A DNA stretch of 64,000 nt from Pelagomonas calceolata. Lineage: Eukaryota. Made by a program: the position numbers and the translations under genes. The DNA lies in contig CAKKNE010000001.1 in the NCBI GenBank assembly GCA_918797485.1, forward strand, positions 6,014,001-6,078,000, read 5' to 3'. Of the stretch, positions 1 to 10,413 are shown one piece after another (position 1 is the first letter of the stretch; each line of letters starts with the position of its first letter). The notes under the pieces are model-generated. The model was not told the DNA's origin. It saw only the letters and a list, made by a program, of their open reading frames with translations, and did not search any database.

Positions 1-1302
1 CTGCGCCTCGCTTTCGACGAGACCCCGTGCGAGTCGACGTCGTGCGGTGTCAATAACGTGGCTTCACTACGGTGCGGCGGTACGATGGGCGACAGCAGCA
101 TCAGAACGGCCGTCCGGGCGTGGCTTACGGACGAGGCAGCAGCCGAGGCGACGTACGGCCATATATCGACGTGGAATACTGGGAGGGTGACGGACATGCA
201 TGAACTGTTCTCGTCGTGGACGGGAGCGAACAGGTACTTTAACGAGCCGATAGGCAACTGGGACGTCCGCAAGGTGAAGAACATGCACGACATGTTCCAG
301 AACGCGGAGTCCTTCAATCAAGCTCTTGGCAAATGGCAAGTCGGCGCTGTCACAGATATGAGTGACATGTTCCAGCGCGCGGCGTCGTTTAATCAGCCAC
401 TCAATGATTGGGATCTGTCCAATGTGCAGGACATGGAGGAGATGTTCGAGGAGGCAGAGGCCTTCGACCAGGACCTTGGCTGGTGCGTGGACATGAGCCT
501 GCGAATCGCATTTAAAAAAACCAAGTGCGAGTCGGCTGCGTGCGGCGTCGCGCAAAAGGACGTGATCGGCATATGCGAATGGTTACCACCCGTCCGTCCG
601 TGTCTCATTGGCACAAAAACGAAAAGGCGATGTTATATCACCTCAGGAACACTCATCATCGCCGTTCTGCTTGTCCTTCTTGCTGGCTTCAGCACATGCG
701 TCTGCTGTAGGAAGAAGAAGGACGAAACTTACTTCGCCGCCGCCCGCCGCCTCCTCCGCAGCTGCCTCTGCTGCTGCTGCCTCTGCTGCAGGAAAAAGAA
801 GGAAAAAGGTAGCGTTAACTCCCAACCGGATTCCCGGGCGGAGTCGCCACGGGAAGAGCCCGACGAGGAAGCGACCGCCTCCGAGTCTCTGGAGTCGCGC
901 GCCCAAGCCGCAGCCAAGGCCGAGGAGGCCGTCGAGCCTTCGTCCTTCTCGAAGCTTACCTCGTTCCTGTTCGGCGAGCGAGAAGAGGCCCCCATGGAAG
1001 AGACCCCCAAGGAAGAAGAAGAGGCCGCCGCCCTCCCCGTCGTCGCGGAAGCCGAGGAGGAGGGAGCAACCGAACAACCACCACCGCCGCCGGCGAAACG
1101 CTGGTTCTCGCGCGAGCCACCGAAAGCCGAGGAGATGCACCAGCGGGTGGGCTGTTGGTATACCTTTGCGCCGGAAGCGGCCGCGTTGCGCGCCGCCTGG
1201 GGTGAGTACCCAGGGACGCCCGACGCCCTCCAAGCGTGGCCCGGTTTCGTCCAGGTCACGAACGCGTTCCTCGACGCCAAGCTGGACGCCAAGCTGGCTT
1301 AG
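1..1302 (+). CDS. DUF285/BspA-like surface repeat protein with TM helix and Cys-rich juxtamembrane stretch (5' partial)
   Basis: ~25-aa repeats FNEPIGNWDVRKVKNMHDMF / FNQALGKWQVGAVTDMSDMF / FNQPLNDWDLSNVQDMEEMF, then TM TLIIAVLLVLLAGF and CLCCCCLCC. The frame is open from base 1 (LRLAFDETPCESTSCGV mirrors LRIAFKKTKCESAACGV). Confidence 0.8.
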   Translation: MRLAFDETPCESTSCGVNNVASLRCGGTMGDSSIRTAVRAWLTDEAAAEATYGHISTWNTGRVTDMHELFSSWTGANRYFNEPIGNWDVRKVKNMHDMFQNAESFNQALGKWQVGAVTDMSDMFQRAASFNQPLNDWDLSNVQDMEEMFEEAEAFDQDLGWCVDMSLRIAFKKTKCESAACGVAQKDVIGICEWLPPVRPCLIGTKTKRRCYITSGTLIIAVLLVLLAGFSTCVCCRKKKDETYFAAARRLLRSCLCCCCLCCRKKKEKGSVNSQPDSRAESPREEPDEEATASESLESRAQAAAKAEEAVEPSSFSKLTSFLFGEREEAPMEETPKEEEEAAALPVVAEAEEEGATEQPPPPPAKRWFSREPPKAEEMHQRVGCWYTFAPEAAALRAAWGEYPGTPDALQAWPGFVQVTNAFLDAKLDAKLA

Positions 1303-1333
1303 GCCTAATATTATCTAGGAAGAGGAAGACTAC

Positions 1334-3659
1334 TCACACGTCCAAGATGCTCCGCACGCATCCCTTCGACTCAAAGTCCGCGCTGTCCGCGAGCGACGCC
1401 GCCCCGGAGAGGTGGACGCAGGCGTGTTCGATCGCCGCGAGCGCGCCCATTCTCGCGAGAGCGGCTTCGTCGCTACAACTCTTCTGCACGGCCCCGTCGT
1501 AGTAGGCGTCCCACGCGTCTGCCAGATTCGTGGAGAGTTCCGCGCGGAAGTCCTCGAACGCGGCGAGTGCAGCGGAGAGCCGGTCGTCTGAGTTGAAATG
1601 GATAGCTTCCGCCGCCGCGGTCGCGCGGTCCGCGAAGCCCTTCGTCGCTCGTGCGAACATCGGCTGCAGCGAATCGTCTCGCGCGACGCCGGCGAGGCAC
1701 CGCGCGAGGGCGCCGAGCGAGTGCGTCGTGTCGGCCAGCGCGTCGACGAGGAGCCCCAGGGACTCGGCGTCTAAGGGCGCCTGGCACGGCGGCTCGCGGC
1801 GCGCGTCGGCGAGGCGCGCGCGGGCTGATGCCAGCGTGGCCTCGAGCCCGGCGACGCCCTTGTTCGTCGCCGCGAGCGCGTCCTCCGATCCGTCAGAGGC
1901 GGCGTCCGCGGCGCTGGACGCGGTCGCGCCGAAGCCGTCGAACCACGAAACCAGCGTGGTCCTGAGCGCAGGCCGCGCCGACCGCCGGAAGAACAGGAAG
2001 TCGAAGACGAACGACTGCAGGATGCCGATGCTGACCATGGTCACACGGAGCGAGACGAATGTCAAGTTCGTGGCGTCGATGCCGAAATCTACCAAACCTC
2101 CAAACAAGAACATCGGCGCCGAGAACGCCGCGCACTCCTGTAGATAGGCCATCGTCGGTTCGAACCACACCAGACAAAGGAAGATCCAGGCGCTCACGAG
2201 GGCCGCCGCCCAGATGAGGTGGTCGACGCTCAGCACGAGCGCAATCGTCATCGCCGCCGCGCCGGCCGACGCATTGCCAAACAGTCGCTGGAACATCTTG
2301 GTAAACGTCGCGCCCAGGGACTCCTGCACGACGCACATGACGCTGATCCCGACCCATGAACCATACCCGTCGGCGCGCCGCTGCCACGACGGCACGGCGA
2401 CCCAGAGCGACGCAAAGGCCATGTGGAGGGCGACGCGGACGGGAAATTCGAGGTGCCGGAGCCACGACACCTTCGGCGACGCCTTCGGAGGAGGCGCGGG
2501 CGCCGCTTCTGGATCGAGCTCGTGGTCGGCGACGCGCATGAGCGCTCCCGCGGCCGTCGCCAACGGCAGCCAGACGTCGTGCGAGTCGTCGTCCGAGATC
2601 TCGCGGCGCGCGCCGCCGACCGCGTCCTCCGCCGTCTTGCGCGCCGCCTTGAGGCGGACTGGATCGTCACCTTCGATCGTCACCGCGATGGCTTCAGCCA
2701 GCTCCCGGAAGGACCCGTGCAACGTCTCGACGCTCGCCGTCTTGGCCACGGCGCGCGGGGGCATGCGAGCGGCCGCGTCGAAGAGCGAGCGGAGCAGCTT
2801 GCCGCGGGCCTCGAGGTGGCCGACGCGCGCGCGTAATGATTTGGCCGAGCGGCCCACGAGGGCGAGCTCGACCGCCGCCGGCGTACAATACGGGACGGCG
2901 CTGTCGTCCGCGCGCGTCTTCAGGAGCCGCCGGCCCGTCGCGACGGCCTCGAGCTGCTGCGTGCGCGTCGCGCCGAACCCGACGGCGTCGCTCGCGAGGC
3001 GCGCGAGCTTGGCGTCGGCGTCGTTTTGGTCGTCGATGCGGTCTTGCGCCTTCCACACCGCCAGCGACGGCCACGGCACGAGCTTCGACGCCACACCGAA
3101 AGCTATTCCCACAGACGCCGTTCCGAAGACTTTCCACGCATACATCGGGTCCGCTCCTGCGCAATCAACCAGTGAGTTTTAGATGCGCCGCGACAATTTG
3201 ATTTATGCACTGGTTGGCGCCGCGCCGCGCCCCCGAAGCGCCCATGAAGAGGACCAACACCGCGCTCGGGACGAAGGCCCGCGGAATCACGGGTACGAGC
3301 CCGAGCGCGAACGAGCAGACGAACATGGTCAACGGCAGCGCCACGTCGAAGTGCTTGCGGGAGATCTGGTCCTGCCCGCGCAGGAAGATGATGACGCCGT
3401 AGGACAGGGGGGTTGCGATGCCCAGCGAGATTCCCATGACGGCGCCGAGGAGCAACCATGCGCCGAGGGAGTTCGCGTCGCGGCTGAGAACGATGATCGA
3501 CACGGCGAGGAAGCCGACCGGTAGGTTGTCCGGGACGTTGTGGCGCCCTCCGATGCCGGCGTTCAGCCACCAGAGCGCGAACCAACTCGCGACGGCGCAT
3601 CGCAGGGCCGTGATGGCGTTTTCCCGCGCGACGCGCGGCCAGCGCGCGGTCGCTTTCAT
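1334..3659 (-). CDS. FUSC/aromatic acid exporter/ALMT-like multi-pass membrane protein; exons 3659-3221, 3156-1334
   Basis: Two hydrophobic ORFs are joined in frame by a GC-AG intron at 3157-3220. Motifs WVGISVMCVVQESLGATFTKMFQRLFGN and RVTMVSIGI match the FUSC/ALMT fold. Confidence 0.7.
3157..3220 (-). mobile_element. Decayed Introner-derived intron (64 nt, GC-AG)
   Basis: Decayed TIRs ctgcgcaatcaaccagtg...gatttatgcactg (3157-3212) plus an 8-nt TSD remnant (gttggcgc vs gtccgctc). Removal fuses two ORFs in frame. Confidence 0.7.
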
Positions 3660-3992
3660 GCTTTATCTTTTGCTGTCGCGGGTCGTCTCAAATTTACCGT
3701 CGGTAAGGAATACAATATTGTGGGAAACTTGGGCTTGCGTGCCGAGACGTCGTACGCGTCGTCTTTGGCGCACTGCGGCGCACTAATAATATACGTCTAC
3801 GTACTTGCGCGCTTACGGGCTCGAGGCAAGCCCGCCGAGCGTGTGGTGTCTTTTTATACATATACATATGTATAGCATAGGTATACTAAATACCTACTAA
3901 ATCCGAGGTCTACTGAGGAATCCCCCGACGCCGACTACGCATGCATCTGACGGATCGCACCGACAACCCGCACGCGAGCAGAAATGAGACCT

Positions 3993-4016
3993 GCTAGCGG
4001 CCTGTAAGACACTAGC
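3993..4016 (+). promoter_or_regulatory. Dispersed upstream motif GCTAGCGGCCTGTAAGACACTAGC (copy 1)
   Basis: Intergenic, between divergent genes. Related copies at 12604, 13904, 34631, 39548, 44990, 46142, 48361 and 60337. Confidence 0.6.
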
Positions 4017-4140
4017 AGGAGCCGAATCCTGGAAAGCTGCCGCGCGCGCTCCATCTCGTGCTCCAAAACTCCAAAAGGGCTGCCTCTGCATGCCTACTGG
4101 TAATATCCCTCGGTTCACGCACCAAGCGCATACCTACGAA

Positions 4141-4584
4141 ATGCCTGTCAAGAACGCCTTCACCTACGGCCTGTGCCTGGCCACGCTGCTCTTCCTGCCC
4201 GTGTGGGTCCAGCACCTGACCGCGGCGGACGGCGGGATCGGCGCGATCGGCGGGGGCAAGATCTCCGAGGAAGAGATTTTCGGCAAGACGAACAAGAAGG
4301 GCGTCACCGTGGGCGGCTACCCGAAACTCATGTTTCACGCCCTCGCGATCGTCGGCAACACGGCCATCTGGTTCAGCGTTTTGTGCATCCTCGTGTCGTA
4401 CTACGGCAACATGAAGCAGAAGCAGGCCGTGGCCGGCGTTTATTTGGCCTGGGCTGTCGGCGCCGGCGTCATCCAGTACACGCACCCGTGGAACGACGAC
4501 CCGGTGTCGATGCTCGACATGCCGATGCCTCTGCTCCTCGGCGTCGTCGCCATCGTGGGCACGGGCCTCGCGCTCGAGGCGTAG
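4141..4584 (+). CDS. Small multi-pass membrane protein, unknown function
   Basis: ORF with coding-like GC3 and about 4 hydrophobic segments. Confidence 0.7.
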   Translation: MPVKNAFTYGLCLATLLFLPVWVQHLTAADGGIGAIGGGKISEEEIFGKTNKKGVTVGGYPKLMFHALAIVGNTAIWFSVLCILVSYYGNMKQKQAVAGVYLAWAVGAGVIQYTHPWNDDPVSMLDMPMPLLLGVVAIVGTGLALEA

Positions 4585-4644
4585 GTTCGCGCGCCCCTCT
4601 GTATAAATCCTACCTAAGTGGCCTTAAAACGTCGCTGCGCCACA

Positions 4645-6405
4645 CTACGTGATCACGCTCGGCCCCTCGCGGTCGACGAACGCGTGGAGCCTCGCGACGG
4701 CCTTGCCTTTATCGGCGAGGGCCTCGAGGGCCTCGGACGCGACCAAATCTAAATCGGCGTCCGACGGGTTCGCCAGGGGCCGTTCGATGTAGACGCGCAC
4801 CGTCGCTCCTGCACTTCCGGTCCCGGACAGTCGGAAGACGCAACGCCCGCCGCCGGCAAAGGCGAGGATCATGCCCTGGTTCTCCGTCGATGAGGAGTCC
4901 AGGGGGTCCACGTACGAAAAGGACGACACCGATTCGAGGTCGGGATCGGGCAAAACATCAGAACCGATCAGCGAACCCAGATGCGCCATCATCGCCTGCG
5001 CGCCCTCGGACGCGACCTCCTCGTAGTCGTGCCTGCAATACAAGTCGCGGCCGTACTCCTTCCAGTGTTGCTTCACCACATCGCCCACGCTCATGCCTTC
5101 ATTGTCAGCTAACACCGACAACCACGCTAGCGCCGCCCACAAGCCATCTTTTTCCCTCACATGGTCGGCCCCCGTGCCGAACGACTCTTCTCCACACAGA
5201 AAGGGTTGTTTCAATTCCATCAAGTTGCCGAAGAACTTCCAGCCGGTTGGCGTCTCGTAGCATTCGATGGACTGTTTTTCTGCGACGCGATCGAGAGCAC
5301 GTGACGTAGGCATCGACCTAGCGCATGCAGCTAAACCACCTCGATCCTTAAACCACTTGATGGACTTCGCCTGCGCCGCCAACACGGCCAACGAATCAGA
5401 AGGAGAAGCGAAAAAACGGTGGCCGACGATCATGTTCCTATCTCCGTCACCGTCGAACGCCACGCCTAACGCCAATTCTTCCCCTAGGGAGTCGCCCGGT
5501 GAACCATCTTCATTGAGCGACGCTCGCCGCACCAACTCCGAGGCCCACTTGAGATTTGGGTCCGGGTGACAGCCCCCGAAGTCCGGGCGCGGGTCGCATC
5601 TATAGAGTTGGGATTTGGGTACGCCTAATTCTTGGCACATGACTCTGAGAGCGGCCGGGCCCGCGGCGCCGTGCATCGCATCGAATAACAGTGAGGGCTT
5701 CTTTTTTATGAAGTTTCGTAATTTCTCGAAGTCGAAACATTCCTGGAGTTGCGCCACGTAGTCATCTAAGGCGTCTATTACCTGAACTGTGCTGTCTCCT
5801 AGCGTATAGGTACCGACCGTCGTGATGTCTACGGTACCATCCACCATATTATAGGAACTGATGGATGTAGATTTCTCATACACCGCTTCGGTCAAAAATT
5901 CTTTAGCAGGGGCGCCGTCGGGGCCCGTGTTGAACTTGACGCCAAAGTCGGCGTCGGGCCCGCCGGGGTTGTGCGACGCCGTCATGAGGATCGCGCCATC
6001 CGCTTTATTACGTCGTACCAACGCCGATGCTCCGGGCGTGCTGACGACGCCGTGCACCGGCACCACTATCGTTTTAACGCCGTTCCCCGCTAAGACTTTG
6101 AGGAAGGTCTGGATCGCTTCTTTGTTGAAGTAGCGGCCGTCTCCTCCGACGACCATGGTACCACTACCACTCGCGGGAAAGCCGCCGACGTCGCGCCAGC
6201 CCTCGACGATGGACTGCGCGAAGTTCTCCACGTAATGTTCCGTCGTCTCCCAGACCTTGGTCCTCTTTCTCAGTCCCGAGGTTCCAGGGCGCATCCCTTC
6301 GATCGGTGTGGTTGCAACGTTGAGCGCGACGCGTGACGGCTTGGACTGCACGGGCAGCACGAAGGCTTGCGTGGCGCCGAGCAGCAGCAGTGCGTGACGC
6401 ATCAT
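4645..6405 (-). CDS. PGM: Phosphoglucomutase, probably plastid-targeted
   Basis: PGTSGLRK, TASHNPGG (phosphoserine), DGDGDR (metal), GEESFGTG, FRLSGTG. N-terminal signal peptide ends ATQA-FVLP. Confidence 0.95.
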   Translation of the reverse strand: MMRHALLLLGATQAFVLPVQSKPSRVALNVATTPIEGMRPGTSGLRKRTKVWETTEHYVENFAQSIVEGWRDVGGFPASGSGTMVVGGDGRYFNKEAIQTFLKVLAGNGVKTIVVPVHGVVSTPGASALVRRNKADGAILMTASHNPGGPDADFGVKFNTGPDGAPAKEFLTEAVYEKSTSISSYNMVDGTVDITTVGTYTLGDSTVQVIDALDDYVAQLQECFDFEKLRNFIKKKPSLLFDAMHGAAGPAALRVMCQELGVPKSQLYRCDPRPDFGGCHPDPNLKWASELVRRASLNEDGSPGDSLGEELALGVAFDGDGDRNMIVGHRFFASPSDSLAVLAAQAKSIKWFKDRGGLAACARSMPTSRALDRVAEKQSIECYETPTGWKFFGNLMELKQPFLCGEESFGTGADHVREKDGLWAALAWLSVLADNEGMSVGDVVKQHWKEYGRDLYCRHDYEEVASEGAQAMMAHLGSLIGSDVLPDPDLESVSSFSYVDPLDSSSTENQGMILAFAGGGRCVFRLSGTGSAGATVRVYIERPLANPSDADLDLVASEALEALADKGKAVARLHAFVDREGPSVIT

Positions 6406-6678
6406 TTGATCGCTGCGGCAGTGATGCGACTGCTACTACAGATATTGCAGTGGCTTGTTTGCCTCTTGTAGGCTACCGCGCTGCACACGAGTTGCTGCAG
6501 TGGTCGTATATGATAGCAGCTCTTTTCTAATGCAACTATTCGAGCAATGCTTTGCCTGTGAGCCACAGATATCCGCCGCAAAGCAGGTCACGTACGCCTC
6601 GCCACGGGTTTTTTGGATCGCGTCGGCGCATCGAAAATGGCGGCAAGTACTCGTGTATAACTGATGTGTTAGTCCATT

Positions 6679-7401
6679 CTAGTACCAGCCCGTGTGGAAG
6701 GCGAACGCGACGATCGTGGGCACGATCTCCGCGGGGATCTGGGGGAATTTCGGTTCCAGGACCTTCGTGAGGCGCGCGCGGTGAGCGCGCTCGTATGCCG
6801 CCCAACTGCCCGCCGCGACGACCTTGGCGCGGTATTCACATATAATTGGGTAGTTTTGCGCGTTATACGGAGTCTCACCGTTGCACAGCCAGGTTGACCG
6901 TCCTTCAGCTACCGAACCAAACGAAAGCCGCGGTATCGGGGAGCCGGCGCGCAGAAGCAGGGCTAGTATGCGCCGGCATCTACAATCCGATAAATCTTCT
7001 GCCGGTGATCTACAATCTTCATCTTTTGATACGGCGTGGACGGAGGCGCCAGCGCTGAGCAACAACGCGGTGCATTCCACTCTGCCCATGTTTGCTGCCA
7101 TGTGAAGATTGGTTGTCCAATTATATAAACCGCTTCCATTCGGATCCGCCCCCGCGTCCAACAGAATTGACACCATTTCAGAGTGGTCTCCTACATAACA
7201 CGCATTCATGATCGGGGTCCAACCCTCACCATCTAGCGTCTCGGGATCTCCGCCGGCCGCCAAGGCGCGGCGCAGGGCGTCCACGTCGCCCGATTTACTG
7301 GCGACAACCATCGGTAGTTGCTCCCGTTCGTTATAGCTAAAGATATCATCACTGTCACTGTCACTGCCGCTCAGAGGGTCCGCAAACGCATTTTGATCCA
7401 T
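6679..7401 (-). CDS. Ankyrin repeat protein
   Basis: GWTPIMNAC...LLDAGADPN and LHMAANMGRVECTALLLSAGA. Confidence 0.85.
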   Translation of the reverse strand: MDQNAFADPLSGSDSDSDDIFSYNEREQLPMVVASKSGDVDALRRALAAGGDPETLDGEGWTPIMNACYVGDHSEMVSILLDAGADPNGSGLYNWTTNLHMAANMGRVECTALLLSAGASVHAVSKDEDCRSPAEDLSDCRCRRILALLLRAGSPIPRLSFGSVAEGRSTWLCNGETPYNAQNYPIICEYRAKVVAAGSWAAYERAHRARLTKVLEPKFPQIPAEIVPTIVAFAFHTGWY

Positions 7402-7626
7402 CCTCTACTTTTGGCTTAAAGCTGACTTATTGACTTTTTGCTCCGGGTTTGGGACCGCCGCCGCCGGCAGGACCGATTGATGCGTAAGGGAAATTTCACA
7501 GCGCAAATTATATGACCAGAGGCCACGCAGACTCGTAGCGCAAAGCGCGTACGCGACGCACGACGCGCCACCACCAGCAAAACAGGTTTTACAAGGTGCG
7601 CGCACGCCGTCGCCGAGTCGACATAA

Positions 7627-8751
7627 CTACTTAGCCAGCGCCCCCGGCGACTCGATCGCCTGCTGCAGGTCCCGGAGGAAGAGCGCCGCGTCGGCGCCGC
7701 TGATGATGCGGTGGTCGCAGGTCAGCGTGACCATCATGCGTTTCTCGATGCCCATACCGGTCAAAGCTTTCGGCAGGTGGACGATCTGCGGTTTCGCCGA
7801 CGCGACCGCTAGGATGGCACCTTGGCCCGGCGGCAGGATCGCCGCGAACTTGTCGACGGCCATCATCCCCAGATTGCTAATAGTAAAGGTACCGCTCTGG
7901 TACTCGTCGGGAGCCAATGAGCCGGACCTCGCTTTGCCCACGAGCTCCTTCCAGTTCGCCGATAAATCTGTTAACGACGTGGAGTCCGCATCTTTCAGGG
8001 TCGGTGTAATCAAGCCGCCTTCGAGCGCGACCGCTTGCGCGACGTTGATATGGGCGTTGTACTCAATCGTACCTGATGGACCGTAGGCCGCGTTTATCAA
8101 CGGGTGCTTCTTCAACGAGACGGCGACGGCCTTGGCGAGTAAGGCGGACACGGTGACGCCCTCGGGCTTGAGCTTGCGATACAGGTCATCAAAGGCATCC
8201 GTAGCAATGGTCTTGGACACGCGGAACACGGGCACATCCAAGGTCTTCTCCATGTTCGCCGCGATGGCCTGCTGCATGCCCGTCATCGGTACACTACCTA
8301 GTTGAGGGTACACATCAATGGTCGCGCCCTGCTGGATGCCCAAAGCTTCCGTCAGCGTGCCCAGGGCCCGCTTCACGTCGTCCTCCGTGACGCGGCCGAA
8401 CCTTCCCGTCGCGGCTACGGTAGACAAATCCACAGCTTCCTTCTTTGCGAGCTTCTGGGCCTTCGGGGTGGCTGTTGTGGCGCCCGGCGTCGCCACCCAA
8501 TTACTACCCTTGGCTCCTTCCACATCTCGCGCCACAATTCTCCCACCCGGGCCCGTGCCCGTGACGCTGTGGAGGTCGACCCCGAAGTCCTTGGCGAGCT
8601 TGCGCGCGTAGCCCGAGGCCTTGACGCGCGGCGGGCCCAGGGTCGCGGCGTGCAGGCGCGTCGCCGGCCTCCGTCGCGTTGGCGCGGGCGCGAGCGCCAG
8701 GGCGGCGTGCAGGGTGACGCAGAGCAGGGCTCGTCGTCTTGGTCGAGGCAT
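7627..8751 (-). CDS. Plastid pyruvate dehydrogenase E2 (dihydrolipoamide acetyltransferase)-like, lacking a lipoyl domain
   Basis: Two E3-binding repeats (GTGPGGRIVARDV, ATGRFGRVTEDDV), GTFTISNLGM and catalytic DHRIISGAD. Signal/transit-like N-terminus. Confidence 0.88.
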   Translation of the reverse strand: MPRPRRRALLCVTLHAALALAPAPTRRRPATRLHAATLGPPRVKASGYARKLAKDFGVDLHSVTGTGPGGRIVARDVEGAKGSNWVATPGATTATPKAQKLAKKEAVDLSTVAATGRFGRVTEDDVKRALGTLTEALGIQQGATIDVYPQLGSVPMTGMQQAIAANMEKTLDVPVFRVSKTIATDAFDDLYRKLKPEGVTVSALLAKAVAVSLKKHPLINAAYGPSGTIEYNAHINVAQAVALEGGLITPTLKDADSTSLTDLSANWKELVGKARSGSLAPDEYQSGTFTISNLGMMAVDKFAAILPPGQGAILAVASAKPQIVHLPKALTGMGIEKRMMVTLTCDHRIISGADAALFLRDLQQAIESPGALAK

Positions 8752-9316
8752 GATGTGATACGTGCTGCGCCGTTCGAGGCTTATCCTTTGATGAATATGT
8801 ACTGCTTTGAGGCTGCAGAGAGCCGTAGGTATGCCGCGCGGCGACGGCAAGACACGGCACAGGTGCAATTGACTGCTAGGCTTTTTTATCGTCAAGGACG
8901 CGTTGCGACGTCGACGCAGCTTGCAGCGCTTGCGGCACTGATGCGGTAGATGCCAATGGACTGCTTCGATGCTGCAGTGATGCCTTAGGAGCGTCGCGCA
9001 AGCACCTCAAACACGGCCTCGACGCACTTCACCAGGCCGATTTTTTTAGCGCGCGTCAGTACGCGTAGCGACGTCCACGCAACCTTGGGAGAGCTGGAAG
9101 ACGGATGAGTCGAAGTTCGGGACGGTTTTGGCAGGGCGTCTCACTGTCAACTCTCTGGCCATGCTGCAAATGCAGGCACCAAACTCCGCTTAAACACCAC
9201 TCCCAGAACGCAGCGATTGGGAACGTGACGGCTGGCAGCCATACTGCAGATCGTCTGCATCGCTTGCGCAATCTACGGCCCAGCATAGCCGACTGCACAC
9301 AGCAGCAAAAGCTGCA

Positions 9317-10291
9317 ATGGCAAAACGTAGCCTCTGTGCGCTCTGCGCCGTCACCGCGACCGCCCTGGCACCGACGGAAATAATAGCGGCAGTGGAGGGC
9401 CCATCACGCTGGGCCGTCGCCGCGGCGCCGCTCGTCGCGGCCGGCGCGGCGGCGCTGGCGCTCAACGCGCTGGACGAGGACGGCGCGGCGAGCGACTGGG
9501 ACCAGAGCGATCCAGGAAGATGGAAAAGCGTCTACGACGCGTGGGCGCTCGGCCGCGGCGCCGAGCTCGGGAGAAGGGGCTCGGCCATTGTCGAGAGCCG
9601 AGCCAATAACAATTGGCGCGTGCTCCTGCGCCACGGGTCCATCCAGAGCGTCACGGCCTGGGACCCTGTGGAAAATGCGCCGCGGCATTCTGTTATAGCC
9701 AACGAGTACATCAAGACAATGGCGTGCTGCGCGGTTGGCGCCAGGCGGGGCGCGCTGCCAACGAAGGCGTTGTTTCTTGGCCTCGGGGCCGGGACCCTGC
9801 CTTCTCTGTTACTGCATGAGAACGCGGACTACGTCGCGGTCGAGCTCGACGGCGGCGCGGCGGAGCTGGCGCGCGAGTACCTCGGTTTGGAAGGTGTCGA
9901 CGTGAGGATCGGCGACGCCCTGGACCACGCTTCCATAGCGCCCGGTACTTACGATCTGATCGCGCTCGACGTCTATGATGATACGAACAACGTGCCGCGG
10001 CCGTTCTGCGACCGCGCCTTCGCCGACGGTATTGCTAATGCGTTGGCGGACGACGGCGTCTTCGTGGCGAACTTCCACGTGGGGAGCGCCGACGAGGACG
10101 CGCGCGCGGATCGCGCGGCGCGCGCCTACCAATCAGCTTTCGGCGCGCTGCTCGCGGCGCCCGTGCGCTACCAGGGCAACCGCGTGTTTTCATCGCGGCC
10201 CGTCGTCGAGGCGGACGCCGTCGCCGCGGCCGAGCGGCTGGGGTGGCCGTTCGACCCGCGGAGTCGGTTGAGGCGGCTGGAGCGCGTGTAA
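9317..10291 (+). CDS. Spermidine-synthase-like SAM-dependent methyltransferase
   Basis: LFLGLGAGTLP, AVELD, GDA, YDLIALDVYD, GVFVANF. Confidence 0.8.
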   Translation: MAKRSLCALCAVTATALAPTEIIAAVEGPSRWAVAAAPLVAAGAAALALNALDEDGAASDWDQSDPGRWKSVYDAWALGRGAELGRRGSAIVESRANNNWRVLLRHGSIQSVTAWDPVENAPRHSVIANEYIKTMACCAVGARRGALPTKALFLGLGAGTLPSLLLHENADYVAVELDGGAAELAREYLGLEGVDVRIGDALDHASIAPGTYDLIALDVYDDTNNVPRPFCDRAFADGIANALADDGVFVANFHVGSADEDARADRAARAYQSAFGALLAAPVRYQGNRVFSSRPVVEADAVAAAERLGWPFDPRSRLRRLERV

Positions 10292-10413
10292 TGTCGATGT
10301 TACGGTGCTAGGAGCGCGTGTCTTAATTCGCTAGCATGTTTACCTAGGTTCTAGAACAGCTCATCGAGGTATTGCGCTGTCAGGCTAATATCCTCAAGCC
10401 TGGAGACGGCACG

